Made by a program: the position numbers and the translations under genes. Shown piece after piece: positions 1-10,150 of a stretch of 64,000 bases of DNA. Location of the stretch: assembly GCA_039208735.1 (NCBI GenBank), contig JBCCQY010000007.1, positions 1-64,000 on the forward strand. Direction: 5' to 3'. Under the pieces are notes generated by a model, which ran no database searches, was not told the DNA's origin, and saw only the letters and a program-made list of their open reading frames with translations. Every line of letters begins with the position of its first letter. Positions within the stretch are counted from its first letter, which is position 1. Source of the stretch: Myxococcota bacterium (GTDB taxonomy: Bacteria; Myxococcota_A; UBA796; GCA-2862545).

Positions 1-436
1 CCGAAGGGTCATCAAACCCGAAGGTCGGCTTCTCGCCGCGTTCATCCCAAGGCTCTCGGGAGCCCGAGGCATCATCGAGCGGGCCACCCACAATCCGCAT
101 CATGTGGGATTGAAGACCCTGCCCAAGCTCCTCGCAACCGGGGTCTTTGCCAACGAGTCCGACGAGGGCTTCCAGGAAGGATGGTATCCGACACAGTCGG
201 ATGCGCGTGCGCTTTTCGAAGGAGCTGGCTTTACCGAACTCGCCTTCGCCTCGCTGCGTGGGCTTGGCGCAGGACAGGAGCAGCCCCTTCTCGACCTGCA
301 ATACCACCGCCCCAAGCTGTACGAGTCCGCCATGGAGGCGATTCGCGAGACGGCTGAAGAACCTGCGGTGGTCGACTCGGGCGGTCACGCGGTGTGGGTG
401 GGCCGCGCCCGAAGCACGGGCCCCAACCCTTCCTGA
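1..436 (+). CDS. Class I SAM-dependent methyltransferase, C-terminal part (5' truncated by window edge)
   Basis: The frame of ORF 104-436 is open back to base 2 and reads RRVIKPEGRLLAAF, matching the RVLKPGG post-motif-II segment; ends GGHAVWVGR. Confidence 0.7.
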   Translation, partial: RRVIKPEGRLLAAFIPRLSGARGIIERATHNPHHVGLKTLPKLLATGVFANESDEGFQEGWYPTQSDARALFEGAGFTELAFASLRGLGAGQEQPLLDLQYHRPKLYESAMEAIRETAEEPAVVDSGGHAVWVGRARSTGPNPS

Positions 437-1332
437 ACACAACTCCGAAGCCACCGTAGCGCAGCATCGTGGTGGTTCCGCGGAGCCCAGAACGCCGCCA
501 CCGGGATTTCCGGGAGGGGCATGGGCACATCGAAGCAGCGCAGCGCCAACGCGTCGGCAACATCGGCGGCCAATTCTCCTGGCGCCGTGAAAAAGTAGTC
601 GGTGCGACTCACGAGGTACAAGGCGGCCAGCATTGACGGAACCCCTGGCCCGACCGTACGTCGAACCCCCTGGTCCGCCAACAACCGTTCCAGTTGATTC
701 GGCGCTCCATCCCCTGCATAGACCTGCACATGCGGCCACCGAACCCACGCCGCCACGTCGAGCGGAGCCGTGCCCACGGGGTGTCCTTGTCGGGCCATGA
801 CCACGAAGCGAACCGAACCGAGGCGCTGCATCATCAGATCCTGAGACTCGCCCTCGATCCCGCCCCCAACCATGAGATCGAGGCTCCCGGACTGAAGTTC
901 GGGGACCCATTGCGGCCCGGGCAGGCGGAACCGGACCCGGACCCGAGGCGCCTGACGCCGGACCACATCAATGATTCGCGGTAGCACCGCCGCGGCAAGG
1001 TCCGGCATCGCGACGACGAACTCGCGGTGGACCACTCTGGGATCAAAGGGTTGGACCCTAGCGAACACACGCGTGACGCCCGACACCGCCTCCGACACGA
1101 TCGGGACCAACGCCTCGGCCCGCGGGGTAGGCACCAGCCGTCGTCCCGATCGCACAAAGAGCGGGTCGTCGAGTACCTCACGGAGACGCGCAAGCGCGTG
1201 GCTGACCGTCGATTGGCTTCGACCGACCTGCCGAGCCGCCTCCGTCACGCTGTGCGAGTCGAGGAGGGCGTGGAGCACAAGCAGAAGATTCAGGTCAAGG
1301 CTGTGCAATGTCGTGGAATCGATTCGATGCAT
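385..1332 (-). CDS. LysR-family transcriptional regulator (NodD/MexT-like subgroup)
   Basis: LDLNLLLVLHALL...SVTEAARQVGRSQSTVSHALARLR...DPLFVR HTH plus substrate-binding domain; start placed at ATG 1332 (MHRID). Confidence 0.93.
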   Translation of the reverse strand: MHRIDSTTLHSLDLNLLLVLHALLDSHSVTEAARQVGRSQSTVSHALARLREVLDDPLFVRSGRRLVPTPRAEALVPIVSEAVSGVTRVFARVQPFDPRVVHREFVVAMPDLAAAVLPRIIDVVRRQAPRVRVRFRLPGPQWVPELQSGSLDLMVGGGIEGESQDLMMQRLGSVRFVVMARQGHPVGTAPLDVAAWVRWPHVQVYAGDGAPNQLERLLADQGVRRTVGPGVPSMLAALYLVSRTDYFFTAPGELAADVADALALRCFDVPMPLPEIPVAAFWAPRNHHDAALRWLRSCVQEGLGPVLRARPTHTA

Positions 1333-1409
1333 GGATGCAAGCCAAACGTTCGATGAGTCACTGTATCGGGCCATCGATAGCCATGAAGCGAACTTGGCGA
1401 GGAGGCGAC

Positions 1410-2318
1410 ATGGTTCATGGCGCTAGGTGGGCGCTGCTCCTGGGGATCGCGGCCGGCCCAGGAACGGCTTGGGCGGGAGCTTGGGTCCCCGAGCGCGGCC
1501 ACGGGTACGTCAAAACGTGGACCAAGTGGCACTGGGGCTTTCTGGACTACGTCGACGGAAATGGCGACATTCTTCCGTTTGGAGCCTACCACGAGGTGTT
1601 TCAATCCACCTACGGTGAAGTAGGCATCGGAGCTGGTCTCGCGGTGACTTGGCACACGGACCTGGTGCGGTTCTTTGTGCTTGGAAACCCTCGCGACGGG
1701 TCTCGGCAACGGCACCTCGCACCCGGAGACCCTCGGCTGGGGCTGCGGGTACGGCTCCTGCGCACGGGGCGATTCGTGATGGCGGCCGACGCCGGCCTCC
1801 GAGCCCCCCTCGCTCCGGACATGCCCGTCCAGGACGTGTTCGCTCGGGAGCCCCCGATGCCCCAAATCGGCGAACTCCGCGTGGGGGCTGGCATCTTCGA
1901 GGCCGACGCGGGGGTGAGGGCTGGATTCGGTTGGAAGAAGGGCTACTTAGCCAGTTCTCTTGGATGGGAACTCCGCGGCGGCCGCTTCGACGATCGACTG
2001 TTGTGGAGTGTGGAGGGCGGCACTCAGTTTGGTCGACGGGTTGGCACCCGACTGCGCGCGAGCGGCGTTCACAGCGTGCGCTCCGAGGGTCTGCCTGCGG
2101 CGGAGGGCCCAAGCGGGATCGGCAACGGAACGAGTTGGACGGGCCTCGCCGTTGAGGCCGACGTGGCCCTGGGACGACTGGACGGTCCGGTCCGCTGGGC
2201 GTTGGGCCTCACCGAAGAGACGGGCATCACCTTGGTGCGCCGACGCTCCGGAGGCCTCACCACCTCGTTGAACCTGTCCGCAAGCCTCTCGCCTAGGGGC
2301 AGTTCGGGTCCGCGCTGA
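1410..2318 (+). CDS. Exported hypothetical protein, probable outer-membrane beta-barrel
   Basis: GGAGG RBS at 1401-1405; signal peptide ending AWA-GAW; alternating Gly/aromatic beta-strand pattern; divergent from the LysR gene. Confidence 0.6.
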   Translation: MVHGARWALLLGIAAGPGTAWAGAWVPERGHGYVKTWTKWHWGFLDYVDGNGDILPFGAYHEVFQSTYGEVGIGAGLAVTWHTDLVRFFVLGNPRDGSRQRHLAPGDPRLGLRVRLLRTGRFVMAADAGLRAPLAPDMPVQDVFAREPPMPQIGELRVGAGIFEADAGVRAGFGWKKGYLASSLGWELRGGRFDDRLLWSVEGGTQFGRRVGTRLRASGVHSVRSEGLPAAEGPSGIGNGTSWTGLAVEADVALGRLDGPVRWALGLTEETGITLVRRRSGGLTTSLNLSASLSPRGSSGPR

Positions 2319-3798
2319 TGTCGGCCGCCGAGCGTTCTTGGAGGGCTCCAAGCTCCACCGTGCCGATCACATTTTCAATCTCGAGCTCGATGCAACCAAT
2401 GCCTCCGTCGGCACAGGCCACGCAGGTCGCGCCAAGCGGAGCGGCTAGCGTACAGGCGGTGTCGGACGCCCCAAATACCGCTACCGAGAAGTTCCGGGTG
2501 TCGAAGTCACCACGCATCTGGGCCACCACGGTGCCTAGGTTGCTTTCATAAATGCCTTCGAAGTCGAGGTTCTCGATGTCGACCGGCAAGCCCTGGGCAA
2601 AGAACGTGACGTTGCTTGCGGCGAACCGAAAGTCGGGATTGTTCGAGAAGTCCACCGCCGGAACGCTGACGGTTTCGGTGCAAAGATCCTGGCCGAGCGG
2701 CGCGGCACCCGCGATCAGAAGGTCGAGTTCGGTGGGCTGCGCCGACGTGGCCCCAAGGAGGAACTCTGCTGGGCCGACGAGCGGCTTAATCACGGGCCCA
2801 AAACCGGGCGGCTGCACGATCAGCCCCGAGAACAGGTCGAGGCGGTAGGAGCGCGTGAGCAGGTCTTGTTCATTCACCGGACTCGAGAAGTCGGCGGCGG
2901 TGAACGTGGTCTGGGCCGTTCCACCATCACCGCAGGACCACGCCACCTCGACGGTGAACGTCTCCCCCGCGGCCCAGGGCATCACAGGCTCAAACACTGC
3001 GGCACCAGGACCGGTTCCCATCGTGACGCCCGCGACGGCGGTGTTGGTGGAATCACGCACCGTGATCGTCGCGTTGACATCGGGAACGAGCAACTCCACG
3101 GCAACGTCGCGTTCGGGCAACACCCCGAACTCCCCGTCGGTCGGCACCACCACCGCGATGCCGTTGGCGGTCACCTGCGGGTCGCCATCGTCGCAGTCCG
3201 ACACGTTTTCCACGTGCCCCGAAGGCACTTCACAGGCCTCGATCGTCGTGTCCGCGTCGCCTGCACCGTCGTTGTCACTGTCCCGGTAGAAGGTGAGGAG
3301 CACGCCCTCATCAACCTCATCATCGCAATCGTTGTCGAGTTCGTCGCAAATCTCGGGGGCGCCTGGGAAGACGTCGGGGTTTTGGTCGTTGCAATCCACA
3401 TCGGACAGCACGCCATCCATGTCTGCGTCGACGGGCCGCGGGCGCACCGAGAACCGCACCGTGGCGGCGCCCACAAGTCCCTCGGGATCCGTCGCTCGAA
3501 CCGTCACCGAACCGTCGCCCTGCGGCACGCCCGTAAGGTCGAAGGCCGCTTGTCCATTGGCATCGGGGGTGGCGGGCCCCTGCCCATCTGCAGACCCCGA
3601 CCACGTCAACGCGATGTCCTCCGGGGCATCGTCGGCGTCGAGGACGGACACCAGCACGGCGATGGGCTCCCCTTCGACGACCACCGCTCCTGCCATCGGA
3701 GCCTCGATCGTCACTTGGGGAGCCGACGAGGGACCGCTGCCCTCTCCTGCGCAAGAAACCAAGATTAAAACCGCACCATAAAGCCATCTCAACGCCAT
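2293..3798 (-). CDS. Lipoprotein with Ig-like domains and MopE-like putative metal-binding Cys/Asp motif
   Basis: Lipobox-like LILVSC; DADMDG..DCNDQNPDVFPGAPEICDELDNDCDDEVDEG motif typical of myxobacterial surface proteins; GGGAGGG RBS upstream of ATG 3798. Confidence 0.75.
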   Translation of the reverse strand: MALRWLYGAVLILVSCAGEGSGPSSAPQVTIEAPMAGAVVVEGEPIAVLVSVLDADDAPEDIALTWSGSADGQGPATPDANGQAAFDLTGVPQGDGSVTVRATDPEGLVGAATVRFSVRPRPVDADMDGVLSDVDCNDQNPDVFPGAPEICDELDNDCDDEVDEGVLLTFYRDSDNDGAGDADTTIEACEVPSGHVENVSDCDDGDPQVTANGIAVVVPTDGEFGVLPERDVAVELLVPDVNATITVRDSTNTAVAGVTMGTGPGAAVFEPVMPWAAGETFTVEVAWSCGDGGTAQTTFTAADFSSPVNEQDLLTRSYRLDLFSGLIVQPPGFGPVIKPLVGPAEFLLGATSAQPTELDLLIAGAAPLGQDLCTETVSVPAVDFSNNPDFRFAASNVTFFAQGLPVDIENLDFEGIYESNLGTVVAQMRGDFDTRNFSVAVFGASDTACTLAAPLGATCVACADGGIGCIELEIENVIGTVELGALQERSAADISADPNCP

Positions 3799-3817
3799 TC
3801 GCACCCTCCCCGGAGGA

Positions 3818-4651
3818 CTACCCATGCTCCGACGGATCCCCCTCGATGTCGGTGTACAAGGTGATTGGATAGACCGCGACATTGACCTGATAAACCCGGT
3901 TGGGCGGTACCCCAGGCGTGGCAGCCCCAAACGTGAGATCGGCGACCAGCTCTTCGAATCGTTCTCGGAAGCGATCAAAGTCTGCCTCCGACAGGGCAAG
4001 CGACGCAGTGACAAATAGCCGCTCACTCGGAAGTGTGGTTCGCAGCCCATACTTGGCAAGCTCAAGCGTTTCTTCATGGAGTGCATAGGCCGCGTCGCTG
4101 TCCGGCCCGTGGGCAATCTGGCGTTCGCTGCTCATGTCCGGCTTGGGCATCGGAATCGCCTGCAGCTGCTCATCGAGCAGCCCATGGGCTTGCAGAGCCT
4201 GAATGGCCTGCTTGACCGTGGCCAGATCTTGACGAGGCTGGAGCATGTCGGCAATCCACTTGAGATCCGGCACAACCTGCTCACAACGCGCCATCTCGTA
4301 TATGGCCCCTGCCTGCCAGCGCGCCAGCACCTGATGCAAGTCCGACCTGGGCGTCGTGAAGTTGCCGGGCTCCGATCGCTCGATCCCGTCAATGAGGTGC
4401 TCCGCCCTCGCTTGTGCAAGCTCGCTATTGCTTTCCTCGCGTTCCACGAGCGCAAGCAGTCGCATGCGGTCGCGCGCCTTCATCGCCAAGGCATCCGCCA
4501 CCGCACCGGCCAGCACGGGCCTTAGCCCCCGATGGCCGTTCAGGATCTGGCTTGCCCAAGACCTCGACATGCCCATACGGTCCGCGAGTACGCTCTGACT
4601 CAAGTCGTGACGCGCCAGGTACTCGCGAAGGAAGTCGCGATAATCCGACAT
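3818..4651 (-). CDS. TIGR02147-like protein (XRE HTH plus DUF4423-like domain)
   Basis: N-terminal DYRDFLREY..LSQSVLADRMGMSRSWASQILNGHRGL HTH; C-terminal RVYQVNVAVYP typical of this family. Confidence 0.8.
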   Translation of the reverse strand: MSDYRDFLREYLARHDLSQSVLADRMGMSRSWASQILNGHRGLRPVLAGAVADALAMKARDRMRLLALVEREESNSELAQARAEHLIDGIERSEPGNFTTPRSDLHQVLARWQAGAIYEMARCEQVVPDLKWIADMLQPRQDLATVKQAIQALQAHGLLDEQLQAIPMPKPDMSSERQIAHGPDSDAAYALHEETLELAKYGLRTTLPSERLFVTASLALSEADFDRFRERFEELVADLTFGAATPGVPPNRVYQVNVAVYPITLYTDIEGDPSEHG

Positions 4652-4723
4652 GCCCCCTCCGGGGCTTCGGCTGTATCAAACGATCGTGGCGCCACGAGCG
4701 CGTTTCACCGAATGTGAACACGG

Positions 4724-5929
4724 TTACAGCACGGTGATCGCGATCGTCGCCTCGGAGCTAAGCGTCCCATCGCTGGCCGAAATGCGAACACTGTCTGCTC
4801 CAGAAAACCCGGTTTCTGACATGTAATTCAGCACCGTACCCAGGAGCGTCGCGTTCCCGGACTGCGGGCCCTCGACGATCGAAAGGGTGACGCCCGCGCC
4901 TTCCGGATCAACGGCCACCAACGCCACACTTCCTGCCTGCCCCGAAAGCACCGTCAACGAAGCGGGCGTGATGCGTGGTGGGTCATCGACGGGCAGGACC
5001 AAGATAGTCAGGGCGGTCGGCGCGGACGTAAACACACCGTCTTCCCCCTGGACCTCAAACGTGTCGTTGCCGGAAAAGTCCAGGTCGGGCGTGTAGGTGA
5101 AGTCGCCCGTGGCCGCCGTCAGGGTCAGCTCACCGTTGGCCGGGAGTGCGGCAATCCCGAAAGTGACGGGGTCGTTGTTCGGATCGGTCGCCGTGACGGT
5201 GCCGGCCAGGGTGCCATCCTCCTGCATCGCGAACAGGCCATTGGACGTGACGACGGGGGGCTGCTCGGTCAGTTCAAACGTCACCGTCGCGGGAGGAGAG
5301 CTGACCGTGCCGTCCGAAGCGGTGACCATGAACGTCTCTTGCCCGGCGAAGTTCGGGTTGGCAGTGAAGGTGAACTCTCCCGTCGCCAGCAGATCGAGCG
5401 TGCCCCCCGAGGGCGTCGAGGTCTGCGTGAACGTGATGGATTGCCCGTCCGCATCGGAGCCTCGCAACACGCCGGTAATGGGCAACCCTCGGACCACCTC
5501 GAACGGACCCTGCGGCCCCACGACGGGCACATCGTTGATGGGCCGGACGAAGACCTCAACCACCGCCGACGGCGATTCGGCTTGGCCATCGCTCGCGACC
5601 ACCGTGAAGACGTCATTGCCCGAAGCGTTGAGGGTGGGGACATAGGTCATCTCATCCCCTTCGAAGGTGACCTGTCCGAGGGCGGGTTCCGCCTCCACCA
5701 CGTAGGTAAGCGCGTCTCCATCGGGATCTTGGGCGTTCATCATCACGGTGACAGGCACGTCCTCATCCGTGATGAGGTTTTCAATCGTCAGCGTAGGAGG
5801 GGTGTTCGGCACCGGGGCCATCCCCGTGTCCGCCGTCGGTGAGGTGTCTAAGCCCAGGACAGGTTCGGGCTCGGGCTCCCCGCACGCTCCCCAAATGAGG
5901 ACTCCCACCACGTTTGTGATGATGCGCAT
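4724..5929 (-). CDS. Lipoprotein with tandem Ig-like (Big_9/cadherin-like) repeats
   Basis: About four repeats with DEDVPV/QEDGTL, DPDGDALTY, FTYTP..NFSG.D.F and PINDVP/PVDDPP motifs; lipobox-like WGAC. Confidence 0.85.
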   Translation of the reverse strand: MRIITNVVGVLIWGACGEPEPEPVLGLDTSPTADTGMAPVPNTPPTLTIENLITDEDVPVTVMMNAQDPDGDALTYVVEAEPALGQVTFEGDEMTYVPTLNASGNDVFTVVASDGQAESPSAVVEVFVRPINDVPVVGPQGPFEVVRGLPITGVLRGSDADGQSITFTQTSTPSGGTLDLLATGEFTFTANPNFAGQETFMVTASDGTVSSPPATVTFELTEQPPVVTSNGLFAMQEDGTLAGTVTATDPNNDPVTFGIAALPANGELTLTAATGDFTYTPDLDFSGNDTFEVQGEDGVFTSAPTALTILVLPVDDPPRITPASLTVLSGQAGSVALVAVDPEGAGVTLSIVEGPQSGNATLLGTVLNYMSETGFSGADSVRISASDGTLSSEATIAITVL

Positions 5930-5974
5930 CCATCCCTCTCCAGCAACCTTTACATGATGCCATGGCGGCTGGGC

Positions 5975-6394
5975 CTACCGCCGATACTCAGCGGCAATGG
6001 CGGCGCGCGAGTCGAGCCCCGATTTGGTGAGAATGCGATGGACATGGTCCTTGACCGTGGCCACGGCGATGCCCAACGCAATAGCTACGTCGCGGTTGCG
6101 CAGCCCAACCGCCACGAGCCCCGCCACCTCGCGCTCCCGGGGCGTGAGGGCCTCAAACAGATCCGGCTGCCCACGGGACGGTCGTACGATGACCAAGGGC
6201 TGGCCCAACGTCTCTGCAGCTCGAAAGTCGACGGTCAACCCCATGCCTTCGGGCAAGTGTTCTCGGACCCGCGACAGGGCTGAGGCCACCGTGGCCAAGG
6301 TGACCCGCGGGGTGGATGCGCCCGTGCGTACCGCAAGCAAGGCTTCACGTAGCGCTTCGAGCGCCTCTGGGGTCAGGTCCATGCCCTTCTCCAT
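5975..6394 (-). CDS. LuxR-family HTH transcriptional regulator
   Basis: LTPREREVAGLVAVGLRNRDVAIALGIAVATVKDHVHRILTK. Confidence 0.9.
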   Translation of the reverse strand: MEKGMDLTPEALEALREALLAVRTGASTPRVTLATVASALSRVREHLPEGMGLTVDFRAAETLGQPLVIVRPSRGQPDLFEALTPREREVAGLVAVGLRNRDVAIALGIAVATVKDHVHRILTKSGLDSRAAIAAEYRR

Positions 6395-6456
6395 CGGAAG
6401 GTGGATGGTACGCGACGGTGTCGCTCGGTAGCGTAAGCCATCCCTCCGGAGGTCCC

Positions 6457-6822
6457 GTGTCCCATCCTATCGACGTGGTTCAGGCCTACTTTCACGCCAT
6501 GCAGGGCGGCCCTGCGAACCGGGCCGAGCTGTTTGCGCTGTTCGCCGATGATGCCGTGTATGTCGAGCCCTTCAGCGGACAGACGCTGACTCACGAAGGG
6601 CGAGCGGCCATCGAGGCGTACCTCGCCGCCTCGTGGGAGCAGGCGCCCCCCGACCTCGAATTGCAGGTCGACCGGATCGATGTGGACGGTGACGTTGTGG
6701 TCTCGGAGTGGACGTGCCGGTCTCCGGCGTTGCCCGTTCCTTACCGGGGCCGCGACACCTGCACCGTCCGCGAGGGCCGAATCCAACGGCTCGAGGTCGA
6801 GCCCCTAGGGGACACCGCCTGA
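6457..6822 (+). CDS. SnoaL-like / NTF2-family protein
   Basis: VVQAYFHAM...LFALFADDAVYVEP...EGRAAI; GGAGG RBS before GTG 6457. Confidence 0.85.
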   Translation: MSHPIDVVQAYFHAMQGGPANRAELFALFADDAVYVEPFSGQTLTHEGRAAIEAYLAASWEQAPPDLELQVDRIDVDGDVVVSEWTCRSPALPVPYRGRDTCTVREGRIQRLEVEPLGDTA

Positions 6823-6859
6823 ATCGAGCGGTAGACTCCTTGCTGCAAAGGGGTCTGCT

Positions 6860-7132
6860 GTGTGTCGAAACATCAAGCGGTTGTACAATTTCGAGCCTCC
6901 TGCGACGGACGAAGAAATCCAAGCCTCGGCCCTTCAGTACGTCCGAAAGGTCTCGGGCATGGTGCGTCCGTCGCAAGCCAACCAAGCCGCGTTCGATCGT
7001 GCGGTCGAAGCCATCACCGCCATCACCACAAAACTGCTGCATGAGGAGCTGACCACTAAGATGCCCCCGCGCGACCGCGCCGTCGAAGCGGAGCGGGCCC
7101 GTGCTCAGCGACGTCGCCGCTTCGGCACTTAA
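6860..7132 (+). CDS. DUF2277-family protein
   Basis: MCRNIK.L.NFEPPATDEEIQASALQYVRKVSG signature. Confidence 0.85.
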   Translation: MCRNIKRLYNFEPPATDEEIQASALQYVRKVSGMVRPSQANQAAFDRAVEAITAITTKLLHEELTTKMPPRDRAVEAERARAQRRRRFGT

Positions 7133-7174
7133 GCACCCGGGCGCTATGTTCCGATTTCATTTGTCGGAGGATGT

Positions 7175-10150
7175 GTGGCCGCTCCCTTCCTGTTCGCTCT
7201 CTTCAGCTCGACCGCGAACGCCCAAGTGCCGTACGTCCACTTTGAAAGCGGACCGGTGCGACCGGTCGCGACGTCCCCCGACGGCACGACACTGTTCGTC
7301 ACCAACGTGACCGACGGTCATCTCGAGGTCTTCGAGATCGAAAAGGCGGGCCTGACGTGGCGAGGCTCGGTGCCTGTCGGTCTCGAACCCGTCACCGTGG
7401 CCGCCCGCAGCAACGACGAGGTGTGGGTCGTCAACCACGTCTCCGACAGCATCTCGATCGTGGATGTGCCAAGCCTTTCGGTGACCCGCACCTTGCTGGT
7501 GGGCGACGAGCCCCGCGACCTCGTCTTCGCTCAAGACCGGGCGTTCATCACCACGGCGCATCGTGGCCAACATCGCACCGACCCAAGCATCGCCGATGTG
7601 CCGGGTGCGGGCGATCCCCAGCTCACGACCCCCGGCATCAGCCGCGCGGACGTCTGGGTGTTCGACGCGACCGACCCGGGTCCGGGCGTCGGCGGTCGGC
7701 CGCTGCGCATCGTGGAGCTGTTTGGCGACACTCCGCGCCCCCTCGCCGTCTCGCCCGATGGCAATACCGTTTACGCCGGCATCCATCACTCGGGGAACCA
7801 GACGACCACGCTGTCTGAGGGCCTGGTGTGCAACGGCTTTGACCTGGCTTCGAGTTGCACGGTCGACGGGGTGTTGATGCCGGGAGGGAACCCAGGCCCT
7901 GACGAAAACATCGATGGGATTCGGGCTCCTGAGGTCGGCCTCATCGTCAAATACGACACGAACGAGGAACGTTGGCTCGATGAATTGGGGCGGGATTGGT
8001 CGGATGCGGTTCAGTTCGATCTGCCAGACTACGACCTCTTCAGCATCGATGCCACGACTCTGACCGAGTCCGCGGCTCCCCTGTCGGGCGTGGGCACCAC
8101 GCTGTTCAACATCGCCGTCAACCCCGTGAGCGGCGCGCTCTACGTCACCAACACCGACGCCCGCAATGAGGTGCGGTTCGAAGGCCCGGGCGTCACCGGA
8201 GGCACCACGGTGCAGGGCCATCTCGCCGAAGCCCGGATCACCGTGGTCGAGAACGGAGCGGCCACCTCGCACCACCTCAACCCCCACATCGATTACGACG
8301 TGCTCCCCGCCCCTGCCGGCACCGCGGACCACTCGCTCGCCACCCCGCTTGACGCAGTGGTGTCGTCCGACGGTAGCACCTTGTATGTGGCCGCCTACGG
8401 CAGTCAGCGCATCGGCGTCGTTCCCACCGCGGCGCTCACCAGTGGCACCTTCGACCCCACCACGGCATCGTCGAGCTACCTCGAGCTGTCGGGCGGGGGC
8501 CCGGCGGGCTTGGCGCTGGACGACAGTGGGAATCGCTTGTTTGTCTACACCCGGTTCGACCATGCCATTGCGGTAATCGACCTCGGGACGGGGACCGAGG
8601 TGGACAAGCATGCGCTGTACACGCCCGAACCACCCGAGGTGATTCGCGGACGGGCGCTGCTCTACGATGCCCGCAACTTCTCGTCGAACGGGGAGGCGAG
8701 CTGTGCCGGCTGCCACGTGTTTGGCGACCTCGACCACCTTGCCTGGGACCTTGGCGACCCCGACGCCCCGCTCACGACGGGCACCATTCCCGTTCGCTTG
8801 GGCATCGCGGCGGGCGGCAACATCAACGGCACGGGCGACCCCAACGACTTTCATCCCATGAAGGGGCCCATGACGACGCAGACCCTTCGGGGACTGCAGT
8901 ACCACGGTGCGCAACACTGGCGAGGCGACCGTTCGGTCGGCTTCTACGGCAGCGATCCGTTCGACGCGAACCTTTCGTTCCGCAACTTCATCGTTGCGTT
9001 TGAGGGATTGCTCGGCATGGACGGCCTCCCCACCGATCCGCAGATGGACGATTTCGCGACGTTCACCGGGACCATCGCGATGCCTCCCAATCCGGTGCGC
9101 AACCTGGACCGAAGCTACACAAGCGAGCAGCAGGCGGCCTTCGACTTCTACGTGAGTCCCGATCGCATCTCGGACGGCATTCCCATCCCCAACCTCGGGT
9201 TCAACTGCGACGGCTGCCACACCCTCGATGCCGCCTCGGGCTTTTACGGCACCGATGGGCGACAAAGCTTTGAAAACGAAAGCCAGATCATGAAAATCGC
9301 CCAGCTTCGGAACCTCTACACGAAGGTCGGCATGTTTGGCGTGCGCGACGTCGCCTTTACCAATGGGGGCGACAACGGGTTTACCGGCGACCAGATCCGT
9401 GGCTTCGGTTTTCTTCACGACGGCAGCATCGATACGATCTTCCGGTTCTTCTCGGCGGTCGTCTTCGATAGCCAGGGCCCCAACATCGGGTTCATCGATG
9501 ACGATGAACGGCGGGCCATGGAATCGTTGATGCTCGCGTTCGATTCCGACATCTCGCCCATCCTGGGCCAGCAGATCACGGTGACCGCGCCCGACGACCT
9601 CGATGCGGTGGGACGGGCCGAAGCCCTGCGCGATGCGGCGGTCAGACCCTTCGTTTCCCGCCTGCTCGGCGGCGCCGTCACCGACTGCGACCTCGTGGCC
9701 CGCGTGACCGGTTCCGACCGGGTGCGGGGCTACCTCTACGACGGCACGACCTTCATCGCCGACGATGACACCGACTCGGTGCGTTTCGACGACCTGATCG
9801 CAGACTCCGCCACCGAACCCGTCACCTTCACCGCTGTGCTGCCCGGATCGGGCGAACGGTTCGCGCTGGACCGCGATGGCGACGAGCTTTACAACGGCAT
9901 CGACCCGTGCCCCACCTTGCCCGATTCGCTCGATTGCGGTGAGCTCAAGCCGAAGCCCGAGCCCCCGACCGATACGGGCATGCCTGGCCCCAGCGATACC
10001 GGCACCGACACCCCGGTGCCCGAACCGCAAGACGTGAACCCACCCGAACTCACGACGTGTGGTTGCGCTTCGAGCGATCCGCGTGGCGCGGCCTTTGGAT
10101 TCGCCCTGTTGCTCGCGGTCATCGGGCTGCGGCGACGCCGGGTCGTTTGA
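7175..10150 (+). CDS. Exported YncE/YVTN beta-propeller plus di-heme cytochrome c peroxidase-like protein with MYXO-CTERM-like tail
   Basis: Signal peptide; propeller repeats (SPDGTTLFV, VGLEPVTV, VGDEPRDL); CAGCH (8702) and CDGCH (9206); C-terminal CGC..hydrophobic..RRRR tail. Confidence 0.82.
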   Translation: MAAPFLFALFSSTANAQVPYVHFESGPVRPVATSPDGTTLFVTNVTDGHLEVFEIEKAGLTWRGSVPVGLEPVTVAARSNDEVWVVNHVSDSISIVDVPSLSVTRTLLVGDEPRDLVFAQDRAFITTAHRGQHRTDPSIADVPGAGDPQLTTPGISRADVWVFDATDPGPGVGGRPLRIVELFGDTPRPLAVSPDGNTVYAGIHHSGNQTTTLSEGLVCNGFDLASSCTVDGVLMPGGNPGPDENIDGIRAPEVGLIVKYDTNEERWLDELGRDWSDAVQFDLPDYDLFSIDATTLTESAAPLSGVGTTLFNIAVNPVSGALYVTNTDARNEVRFEGPGVTGGTTVQGHLAEARITVVENGAATSHHLNPHIDYDVLPAPAGTADHSLATPLDAVVSSDGSTLYVAAYGSQRIGVVPTAALTSGTFDPTTASSSYLELSGGGPAGLALDDSGNRLFVYTRFDHAIAVIDLGTGTEVDKHALYTPEPPEVIRGRALLYDARNFSSNGEASCAGCHVFGDLDHLAWDLGDPDAPLTTGTIPVRLGIAAGGNINGTGDPNDFHPMKGPMTTQTLRGLQYHGAQHWRGDRSVGFYGSDPFDANLSFRNFIVAFEGLLGMDGLPTDPQMDDFATFTGTIAMPPNPVRNLDRSYTSEQQAAFDFYVSPDRISDGIPIPNLGFNCDGCHTLDAASGFYGTDGRQSFENESQIMKIAQLRNLYTKVGMFGVRDVAFTNGGDNGFTGDQIRGFGFLHDGSIDTIFRFFSAVVFDSQGPNIGFIDDDERRAMESLMLAFDSDISPILGQQITVTAPDDLDAVGRAEALRDAAVRPFVSRLLGGAVTDCDLVARVTGSDRVRGYLYDGTTFIADDDTDSVRFDDLIADSATEPVTFTAVLPGSGERFALDRDGDELYNGIDPCPTLPDSLDCGELKPKPEPPTDTGMPGPSDTGTDTPVPEPQDVNPPELTTCGCASSDPRGAAFGFALLLAVIGLRRRRVV

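Noticed and set aside
385..436. 52-bp convergent overlap of the methyltransferase and LysR genes
   Set aside because: Short 3' overlaps are common in GC-rich genomes and affect only low-complexity tails
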